Shown here: positions 56,053-64,000 of the stretch, piece by piece
How positions within the stretch are numbered: position 1 is the stretch's first letter
How the letters are laid out: each line of letters begins with the position of its first letter
NCBI GenBank assembly: GCA_963723495.1
Contig: CAVRQR010000009.1
Span: 712,627-776,626, forward strand
Reading direction: 5' to 3'
Length of the DNA stretch: 64,000 nucleotides
DNA from: an uncultured Acidobacteriota bacterium
GTDB lineage: Bacteria; Acidobacteriota; Vicinamibacteria; Vicinamibacterales; UBA2999
Translations under genes and position numbers: made by a program
The notes under the pieces: model-generated
The model's database searches: none
What the model was told of the DNA's origin: nothing
Seen by the model: the letters and a program-made list of their open reading frames with translations, nothing else

Positions 56053-59000
56053 ATGATTCGTAGCGTGGTGTCCTCGTGTATTACCCGCCGAACATCGCTG
56101 TCGCGCGGGGTTCTCGCTCTCATGTGCCTGATGCTGCCGCAGGTCGCGGCCGCACAGTCTATCGCCGGCGTCGTCCGGGATACATCCGGGGCAATATTGC
56201 CCGGCGTCACAGTGGAGGCGGCCAGTCCCGCCCTCATCGAAAAGGTTCGTACTACAGTCAGTGACGGAACCGGCCAGTACCGACTCGAGAACTTATCGGC
56301 CGGTGTTTACACGGTGACCTACACGCTACCGGGGTTCACAACCGTGCAGCGCACGGATGTCGAGTTGCAGACCGGTGTCACTGTGACCCTCAACGCAGAG
56401 ATGCGCGTCGGCGGTCTGCAGGAAACACTGACCGTGACCGGTGAGACGCCAGTCGTTGACGTACAGAACAGCACCCGTAACCAGCGCGTGCTGAGCGACG
56501 AGGTCGTGGCGGCCTTGCCGGCGTCACGAGGCTATGGAAACCTCCTGGCAGTCGCCTCGGGTATCCAGGCCAACGGTATCCAGAACAGCGGTATCGCGCC
56601 CGACATGATCTTCTTTACGTCGCGTGGCGGCCGTAGCAATGAAGGCACGGTCCAGATCGACGGCATGAACGTCGGCTCGGCCTTCAATGGTGGCGGAGTG
56701 GCCGGGTACGGCTACGACACATCGGGCGCTCAGGAAGTGCAGCTGACAGTGGCTGGCGGACTCGGTGAAGCCGATCGCGGTGGTCCGGCCTTCAATCTCG
56801 TGCCGAAGACCGGTGGCAACACGTTCAGCGGCACCTTCTTCGGCAACATCGCGGGCGAGTGGTCGCAGGGCGACAACGTCGACGATGAGCTGCGATCGTT
56901 CGGGATTCCGACGGCGGCCGCGCTCATCCGCAGCTGGGACACGAGCTTCTCACTGGGCGGCCCGATCGTGCGGGACCGCGTCTGGTTCTACGGCATGACG
57001 CGGACCTTCGGCGCATACACGGATATCGCCGGCCGCTTCGCAAACGCCAATGCCGGTGACGCCAATCGCTGGGACTACGTCTCCGATCCGGGCGTCACGC
57101 AGCGGTCGGCGTCGAGCCGCAAGATCGGTGGCGTACGCGTCACGGGCCAGCTCACGCCGCGGAACAAGGTGGGCGGCTACATCGACTATCAGAAGATCTG
57201 CGAAGGCAGCTCTTACGCGAAGGACGCCGAGCAGTGCCGGGTGCGCGGCGACGACTGGATTGGCGTTGGCGGATTCGGTACATGGTCTCCGGAGGCCACG
57301 CACTCGCGCGACAACTCCGAGAAGATCACGCAGTTCACGTACACCTCGACGGTGACGAGCAAGCTGCTGCTCGAGGCGGCGTTCTCGCAGTTCTTCAGCA
57401 ACTGGGGTGGCCAGACCCCGTCCGGCGCGCTCGATCAGTTGCCCTTCGTCCCGGTGACGGCACAGAGCATCGGAACGGTGACACCCGATGGCGTTCAGAT
57501 CGGTGTGCCCGTGACCACGATGGTGTACCACGGCTTTGGCGGTCTCAATAACAACCACCAGACGCACAACGTCTGGCGCGGAGCAGTGTCCTACGTCACG
57601 GGCGCTCACAGCATGAAGGTCGGTTACCAGGCCGCGTACGAAGTGACCGACATCTTCGGCAACTACGCCTCGCACGGTCTGCAGTACCGCTTCAGCAACG
57701 CTGCGACCGGCCTGATGGTGCCCAACCTGATCACACAGCGCATCACGCCATGGCAGCAGGCCAATCGCACGCGCTACGACGCGTTCTACGTGCAGGATCA
57801 GTGGACGGTCAGCCGGCTCACGTTGCAGGGCGCGCTCCGCTACGAGCACGCGTGGAGCTACTTCCCGGAGGGCAAGAACGGCCTTCTGGCTGACAGCGTG
57901 TTCGGCGGACCGGCCTTTACGCTGCCGGAAGCGAAGGGCGTCGAGGGCTACCACGACATCGCACCCCGTATGGGCCTGGCCTATGACGTGTTCGGCGACG
58001 GCAAGACCGCGGTCAAGGTGAACCTGTCGAAGTACTTCCAGTCGGCGGCCAACGACGGTGTCTACATCGGCACCAACAAGGCCTCGACGTTTGCGCAGAC
58101 GGCCACTCGCGCGTGGACGGACAACGGCAACTTCATCCCTGATTGCGACCTCAAGAGTCCGGCCGCGCAGGACAACCGGGCAACCGGCGGCGATTTCTGC
58201 GGCCAATCGGATCCGCTCAGCTTCTTCCAGTTCGCACAGACTCACTCGCTCGGTACCGCAACGGCCGTGAGCCCGTCGCTCCTGAGCGGCTGGAACGTGC
58301 GTCCCTACGACTGGCAGTTCGCCGCGTCGGTGCAGCAGCAGATCGTGCCGCGTGTCTCGGCGGAGTTCGGTTACAGCCGCCGGTCATGGGGGAACTTCAC
58401 GACCTGGGCCGGGTTCAACTTCACCGACAACCGCGCCATCACTGCGGACGACTTCGACACCTTCACGATGACGGTGCCGACCGATTCCAGACTGCCGAAC
58501 AGCGGCGAGACGATTTCGTTCCCGCTGCTGAAACCTGCGGCCTTCGGCAGGCAGGATAACTACCTCACGCGCGCCAGCGACTACGGCGATGTCACGTCCT
58601 ACTGGCAGGGGCTCGAGCTGACGGTCAACGCGCGGCCGAACAACGGTCTGACGCTGCAGGGCGGATTCACGACCGGCGGCGGCACCCGCGACAACTGCGA
58701 GGTAACGGCGCAGCAGCCCGAACTCCTGACGGTGCTCGGCGTGCAGCAGGCGATCTCGTCGTGTCACGTCGAAGAGCCGTGGCTGTGGGCATGGCGCGGG
58801 CTGGTCAACTACACGGTGCCGAAGATCGACGTCCAGGTGAGCGGCATTCTGCGCTCGATGGAGAACATCGCTGCCACCAACGACCCGGCATCGAATGGCG
58901 CATCGGCGGGTGCCAACCTGGTCGTGCCGAACAGCGTCGTGCAGGCGGCGCTCGGGCGGCCGTTGGCCGGTGGCGCGCAGAACGTGACGGTGAACCTTGC

Positions 59001-59256
59001 GCTGCCGGGTGATGTGTATCCCGAGCGGCTCAACACCGTTGACATGCGCGTCTCGAAGATCCTGCGCTTCGGCCGGACTCGCAGCAACGTCGGCATCGAC
59101 CTCTACAACCTGTTCAACTCCAACACGGGGACGGCGTTCAACCAGGTGTTCGGCACGATGCAGCCGAACGGCACGGTGAACAGCACGACGTGGCTGCGTC
59201 CGACGTCGATCCTCAACGCGCGGTTCGTGCGCTTCAACGCGACCATCGACTTCTAA
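56053..59256 (+). CDS. TonB-dependent receptor, CarboxypepD_reg type (TBDR4), the only intact copy
   Basis: Uninterrupted 1067-aa ORF. N-terminus: SIAGVVRDTSGAILPGVTVEAASPALIEKVRTTVSDGTGQYRLENLSAGVYTVTYTLPGF. C-terminus: LRFGRTRSNVGIDLYNLFN..ARFVRFNATIDF. Confidence 0.9.
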   Translation: MIRSVVSSCITRRTSLSRGVLALMCLMLPQVAAAQSIAGVVRDTSGAILPGVTVEAASPALIEKVRTTVSDGTGQYRLENLSAGVYTVTYTLPGFTTVQRTDVELQTGVTVTLNAEMRVGGLQETLTVTGETPVVDVQNSTRNQRVLSDEVVAALPASRGYGNLLAVASGIQANGIQNSGIAPDMIFFTSRGGRSNEGTVQIDGMNVGSAFNGGGVAGYGYDTSGAQEVQLTVAGGLGEADRGGPAFNLVPKTGGNTFSGTFFGNIAGEWSQGDNVDDELRSFGIPTAAALIRSWDTSFSLGGPIVRDRVWFYGMTRTFGAYTDIAGRFANANAGDANRWDYVSDPGVTQRSASSRKIGGVRVTGQLTPRNKVGGYIDYQKICEGSSYAKDAEQCRVRGDDWIGVGGFGTWSPEATHSRDNSEKITQFTYTSTVTSKLLLEAAFSQFFSNWGGQTPSGALDQLPFVPVTAQSIGTVTPDGVQIGVPVTTMVYHGFGGLNNNHQTHNVWRGAVSYVTGAHSMKVGYQAAYEVTDIFGNYASHGLQYRFSNAATGLMVPNLITQRITPWQQANRTRYDAFYVQDQWTVSRLTLQGALRYEHAWSYFPEGKNGLLADSVFGGPAFTLPEAKGVEGYHDIAPRMGLAYDVFGDGKTAVKVNLSKYFQSAANDGVYIGTNKASTFAQTATRAWTDNGNFIPDCDLKSPAAQDNRATGGDFCGQSDPLSFFQFAQTHSLGTATAVSPSLLSGWNVRPYDWQFAASVQQQIVPRVSAEFGYSRRSWGNFTTWAGFNFTDNRAITADDFDTFTMTVPTDSRLPNSGETISFPLLKPAAFGRQDNYLTRASDYGDVTSYWQGLELTVNARPNNGLTLQGGFTTGGGTRDNCEVTAQQPELLTVLGVQQAISSCHVEEPWLWAWRGLVNYTVPKIDVQVSGILRSMENIAATNDPASNGASAGANLVVPNSVVQAALGRPLAGGAQNVTVNLALPGDVYPERLNTVDMRVSKILRFGRTRSNVGIDLYNLFNSNTGTAFNQVFGTMQPNGTVNSTTWLRPTSILNARFVRFNATIDF

Positions 59257-59292
59257 AGCACGAAGAACACGAAGGATCGCGAAGGACGCGAA

Positions 59293-59328
59293 AAAGGGGC
59301 GGGTCCCATGTGGCCCGCCCTTTCTTCA
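59293..59328. terminator. bidirectional intrinsic terminator between TBDR4 and the histidine kinase gene
   Basis: AAAAAGGGGCGGG-tcccatgtgg-CCCGCCCTTTCTTC. An A-tract lies upstream and a T-rich tract downstream, between convergent genes. Confidence 0.7.
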
Positions 59329-59385
59329 TGTACCCGCGAAGTCCGGCTGAAGCCGGACTGCCAGGCCCGCCGGACCTTGCGAGTC

Positions 59386-61125
59386 TCAACGCGACGAAGC
59401 GTCGACAGTTTCCAGCCTGGAAACGAGTTCCGACGGCGCGAACGGCTTTGGAACGAACTCGAAGCTTCGCGCGCTGAGGTCGCGCATCGACAGCTCATCG
59501 TCGATATACCCCGAACAGACGACGACGCGACCGTCCGGACGAGCGGCCAGGTAATCGTCGATCAGCCGACGCGTACTGCCGCCTGGCATGATGCCGTCGG
59601 TCACCAGCACGGCGAACTCCACGCCACGCTCGCGAACCACGACACGTCCGGTTTCGACGTCGCCAACCTCGACGACGCGATGGCCAGCCTGCCGGAGAGC
59701 GCGGGCCAGGGTAGTGCGCACGTCTCGATCGTCCTCCGCCAGCAGCACAGCCTGCCCGGCACCGGTGCGTGAAGCGCGTGGTTCCTGAGCTGGAGTCGTA
59801 TCCACAGCGTGCGACAGCGGGAAGAACAACTTCACCGACGTTCCTTTCCCGGGTGAGCTCTGAATGTCGATCGCGCCGTGCGCCTGTTGAACGACGCCAT
59901 ACACCGTCGCGAGCCCGAGGCCGGTTCCGCGCTTGCCCTTGGTGGTGAAGAACGGTTCGAAGACCCGACTCTTCGTCTCGTCGTCCATGCCCGTTCCGGT
60001 GTCGGTCACTTCGATCTCGACGGCGCCGTCCTCGAATCCATCGGTGGCAGGTGGCAGTTCCTCACGCGACGCGAATTTCGCGATCACCGCGACGGTTCCG
60101 CCGGTCGGCATGGCATCTCGCGCGTTGAGGACGATGTTGAGCAGAACCTGACTGAGGTGGCCTTCATCCATGAGGATGGCGAGACCTGGAACCGTGCGCG
60201 CGACAATCGAGATGTCGTCTGGAAGGATTCGGCGGTACGACTTGACCAGCGCCGGCAGGAAATCGTGGAGCTCCACGCGTGTTGGCGCACACATCTCCGG
60301 CCGGCTGAACGTGAGCAGCTGGCGTGTGAGTCCGCGGCTTCGTTCGGCAGCGGCGCGAATCTGCTCGATCCCGTCGTGCATGTGCTGGGGTTCTTGCTCG
60401 CTGCGCAAGAGCTCGGTCCACCCGAGCACCACCTGCAACGTGTTGTTGAAGTCGTGCGCGACACCGCCCGCCAGCCGTCCGACGGCGTCGAGCTTCTGTG
60501 TCTGCTGAAGGGTGGCCTGCGCGCGCGTGAGCTCCTCCTGCGCGCGTTCGCGGAGCGCCTGTTCGGCGCGCAGACGTTCGAGTGCCTGCGCGCTGTGCTC
60601 GAGCGATCCCTCGAGGCGTCGCACGACGAACTGCACGAGGACGGTGAGCACCCCGGCCACGCACATGACATCGACCGCGCTCGACCATGGGCTGAAGCTG
60701 GCGATCGGTTCAGGGCGGCCGGCGATCGCGACGACAACTCCGACGAGGCCCAGGATGCTGAGCATGCCGGTGCGACCGAGGAACAGACCCGCGATCAATA
60801 CATTGAGTCCGAGCAGAAGGACCGGGGCGGCGGCGAGGCCGCGCAGGAACACGGCGCTACTGGCGGCGATGAAGCTGGCGGTCGACAGTGCGACTGCCTG
60901 CACTCGGTAAGAGAGCCCGTGGAGAAACCTCAGCGCCGCGACTCCGCCATAGCCGACGAACATGGCGATGAACGCCGGATGTCTCACGTCTACGAAGTCG
61001 AAGAAGACGGCGCGGATGGTGACGCCAATCGCGATGACGCCGCCAAAGAGGGTCGACCAATGGATCAGCGTGACCAGCAGCTGTTGACGCCACCCCCTGC
61101 CCTCGGACCTCGTACGCTCATCCAT
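59386..61125 (-). CDS. hybrid sensor histidine kinase / response regulator
   Basis: Intact 579-aa ORF. It has an N-terminal multi-TM region, the H-box LAGGVAHDFNNTL, HATPase motifs (NARDAM, TDTGTGMD, GTGLGL) and a C-terminal receiver (VLLAEDD..VLVTDGIMPG). Confidence 0.85.
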   Translation of the reverse strand: MDERTRSEGRGWRQQLLVTLIHWSTLFGGVIAIGVTIRAVFFDFVDVRHPAFIAMFVGYGGVAALRFLHGLSYRVQAVALSTASFIAASSAVFLRGLAAAPVLLLGLNVLIAGLFLGRTGMLSILGLVGVVVAIAGRPEPIASFSPWSSAVDVMCVAGVLTVLVQFVVRRLEGSLEHSAQALERLRAEQALRERAQEELTRAQATLQQTQKLDAVGRLAGGVAHDFNNTLQVVLGWTELLRSEQEPQHMHDGIEQIRAAAERSRGLTRQLLTFSRPEMCAPTRVELHDFLPALVKSYRRILPDDISIVARTVPGLAILMDEGHLSQVLLNIVLNARDAMPTGGTVAVIAKFASREELPPATDGFEDGAVEIEVTDTGTGMDDETKSRVFEPFFTTKGKRGTGLGLATVYGVVQQAHGAIDIQSSPGKGTSVKLFFPLSHAVDTTPAQEPRASRTGAGQAVLLAEDDRDVRTTLARALRQAGHRVVEVGDVETGRVVVRERGVEFAVLVTDGIMPGGSTRRLIDDYLAARPDGRVVVCSGYIDDELSMRDLSARSFEFVPKPFAPSELVSRLETVDASSR

Positions 61126-61197
61126 GAAGGCATCGTGGCTTACCCCTTACGGAATATCAAGGTATCCGTTGAATCCGTGAACCTCAGCCATGAACTA

Positions 61198-62763
61198 CTA
61201 TCCGTGCTCAGGAGTCTCCCGGGTGCCGCCAGCCATTTCCAGCCAGTCCAGTTCCTCCTCCATCTGATGAAACGCATCGTCGCCAATCTCGTCGTTGGCG
61301 CGCATGGCGAGGACGGCCTCACGTGCCGCTTGCACGGCTTCGCGATGAAGATCTCCATGAGCGGCGTCTCCCGGATCGGACGACTCGTGTGCGCCGCTGC
61401 GGATCTGAGATGTGCTGTGAACTCCTGCCGCACAGCCTTGGCAACCGGCGATTGGTCCCGGGAGAACCTGTCGAGCCCGGCATGCAGAGCGCGTTCACGC
61501 GCCGCGGCGAGCTCACGGCCAACCGGATCATCGTCTTGCAGATCGAGCGCGCGTAACAGCGGTTTGAGTGTGAGTCCCTGGATCACGAGCGTTCCGAGCA
61601 CGACAGAGAACGCTGTCAGCACGATCAGGTCGCGAAAGGGAAACGCCACTGGTAATGCCAGTGCCGCCGCCAGCGAGACAATGCCGCGCATGCCGGCCCA
61701 TGAGATGACCAGGCCGCTGCCGACCGTCGGTCGAAGCATCGGGCGTGGCGGACGAAAGCCAAGCCGGCGATCCCGCCATCTGATGACGGCATTGAACGAC
61801 ATGTGCCATCCGAGGCGCACGACGATGACCGTGACGAGGACTGCAGCGGCGACGATGAAGTACTGGCCCCGAACCGCGGGCTCCAGGCTGTCGAGGATTG
61901 GGCGAATCTGCAGACCGATGAAGATGAACGCCAGGATGTTGAGCACGAAGACGGCCGTTTCCCACACGGCGTAGGAGGGTATACGTATCCGCGCGGGAGT
62001 CTGCTCAGGCGCCGTTCGTGCCACGGTGATGGCATAGCACACCATCGTGAGCACGGCCGAAAGACCGAGCTCGTCGGCCAGGATCCAGACACCGAACGTG
62101 CGTGGCAAACTGAAGAATGATCGCGGTTGGCACGTGCCGCACACGGTCGATCACCTTCAAGAAGATCCACGCCAAGCCGGGACCGATGACAACGCTGCCG
62201 GCAACGGCGAATAGAAACGTTGGTGCGACCGCCGCGATGGAAAAGCCGTTCATGTGGCCACGGCGCCAACGGCAAGGCGATAAATCAGGAGCGCGGTCGC
62301 ATCATTCAACAGGCTTTCCCCCTCGAGGATCGTCAAAAGACGATGGGGAGGTCGCAGCCCGCGGAGCACGGCCGTGGCGGCTGCGGCGTCCGGTGGAGCG
62401 ACGACGGCGCCGAGCGCGATTGCCGGTGCCCAGGACATCCCGGTATCAAGTGTGCGTGCGACCACGGCGACCGCGGGCGGTCGTGAGGCCGACTGCGAAA
62501 ACGACGAGGCCTGTAACCGGCGCCCAGTTGTCTTTGAGGTCTCTCGGCGATGCGTCGTACGCCGCGTCGAGCAGTACGGGCGCGACGAAGAGGGCCAGCG
62601 CAAGCTCGGGCGGTACGGTAAAGGAAGGCGCGCCAGGAAGAAAGGCGAGAAGTGCGCCGCCGAGTGCCAGGAAGACGGGATAGGGTGCGCCCACCCGGCG
62701 CGCCGCAGCTGCCAGGAGCACGGCCGCGAGGAGCAGGCCAATAATTCCTTCGAGTTCCCTCAT
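61198..62763 (-). pseudogene. Na+/H+ antiporter (CPA1/NhaP-type), >=4 frame changes
   Basis: Pieced from ORFs 62446..62799 (start ATG 62763, MRELEGIIGLLLAAVLLAAAARR), 62250..62741 (LLTILEGESLLNDATAL), 62005..62253 and 61140..62144 (ISWAGMRGIVSLAAALALP). The C-terminus DDAFHQMEEELDWLE..PEHG plus TAG at 61198-61200 is read in another frame. Confidence 0.75.
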
Positions 62764-62858
62764 GTCTCCAATAAGGGGCGATACCGTCGATCCTCTCACA
62801 GTGCGCGTGTCACCTCGTCAGGGGTCCACCAGGGCAGAGGACGAACGCACAGGTACGC

Positions 62859-64000
62859 ATGACCGCTCTGGCCATGACGCTGCTCGCGTTGTGGGCGTCA
62901 GAGGCAGTAGGGCAGGACATCGACGCGGGAGTCGACGCCTCGAGATCGCCGATCTCCAGATCGAAGGTGTCCGGGCAGTAGATGAGTCGCAACTGCGGGC
63001 AGCGCTCCAGACGCGGCGCGCGGTCGTGGTGGCCCTGGGGAGAGAAGAGGTACTTCGAACGCGAGGTCTTCGAGGCCGATCTCAAACGAATCGCGGAGTT
63101 CTATCGGGAGCGTGGCTATCCGGGCGCACGCGTCGTCCAGAGTGACGTCCAACGGACGGACGATGAGGTCTCTGTTCGGATCGTCGTCGAGGAAGGAAAC
63201 CCGCTGCGCGTGGGGTCGCTGGAGTTCGAGGGCTTCGAGGCGATCGCGCCGAGCCGCATTCAGGCGATCCGCGAGCGTGCGCCGCTGAAGCCAGGAGATC
63301 CGCTTGCCACGGAGGCGCTGCGACAGACAGCGCAGATGGCTGCAGATACGCTCGGCGAAGCCGGCTACGCATACGGGCGCATCGAGATACGTCAGAGCCC
63401 GGCTCGAGCCGGAACACGTGGCGGTGGAATTCCGCGCTGAACCTGGCGAGGTGGGGTACTTCGGTCCGATAGAGATCGTCGGCAACCGCAGCGTGGAAGA
63501 CGAGGTCATCCGCCGACAGTTGGCCTATCTGCCGGGTCAGCGTTTCGGGTGTCCGCGCTGCGCGAGAGCGAGCGGCGACTCTCGCAGCTCGGAATGTTCC
63601 AGTCGGTGGCAATCGAAGTGGTCGTGCCAGAGCCGCCCATCCGGAAGTCTCGACGAGAATCACGGTCATTGAGGGAGATCTCAACCAGTTCACCTATTCG
63701 TTTGGCTACGACAGCGAGAAGCAGGTGTACGGCGACGCTCAATGGCGCCATCTCAATTTCCTCGGCGGCGGCCGCAGCACCACCATTCGCGGCCGATGGT
63801 CTTCGATCGATCGCGGAGGCGAAGGCGCTGTTCCATCAGCCGTATCTGTTCACTCCGCGCCTGTCGCTGCAATTCGGTGGCGGCGCGTGGCATGTGGACG
63901 AGCCCGTGATACACCCTGTTGTCGGCGCGGTGGAACGGCGAGCCTGAGCTACCTCGCTCGGGAGCGATCAATCGGGTGTCGACGACCTATCTGCACCAGT
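62859..64000 (+). pseudogene. BamA/Omp85-family outer-membrane protein, POTRA region (5' part, runs off window), several frame changes
   Basis: Signal peptide MTALAMTLLALWASEAVGQ from ATG 62859. POTRA-like segments lie in ORFs 62762.., 62982..63440 (FEADLKRIAEFYRERGYPGARV..VEEGNPLRVGSLEFEG), 63304.. and 63549... Confidence 0.6.

Overview
This is a high-GC bacterial chromosomal segment, roughly two-thirds G+C by eye. I saw no rRNA, tRNA, CRISPR array, transposase or integrase. The gene content looks Acidobacteriota-like (inference only): four CarboxypepD_reg-type TonB-dependent receptors (TBDRs), a DUF1592/DUF1552 pair, a CRTAC1/ASPIC-UnbV protein, FG-GAP proteins and many secreted beta-propellers.

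The functional theme is uptake and catabolism of plant or lignin-derived aromatics. Supporting genes are:
- a tannase/feruloyl esterase
- a LigM-like tetrahydrofolate (THF)-dependent aryl O-demethylase plus two MetE-like genes
- a hydroquinone-type ring-cleaving dioxygenase and a maleylacetate-reductase-like Fe-ADH that bracket four secreted proteins of unknown function
- four PQQ dehydrogenases
- IclR, GntR, HxlR and LuxR regulators

Structure not explained by the genes:
1. A 13-bp palindrome, TTCGN-N3-GCGAA, sits at eight or more gene fronts. One copy is centred on the IclR gene's own start codon.
2. A five-member paralogous family of secreted 'WEGDTL-motif' proteins is linked to the TBDRs.
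3. Several families of intergenic hairpins have arms that are themselves degenerate tandem arrays of a 6-8 nt word (GGGAGTTGG, CTTTGAC, ACGAAG).
4. A 23-nt box is identical upstream of two unrelated genes.
5. A 256-nt non-coding element is bounded by inverted repeats.

About 18 genes are interrupted by 1-nt frame changes, up to about 10 per gene, while a 14-kb stretch is fully intact. I cannot tell assembly error from real decay.

Limits: all family calls come from recognising motifs in the ORF track, with no database search. Motif scans were done by eye and are not exhaustive.
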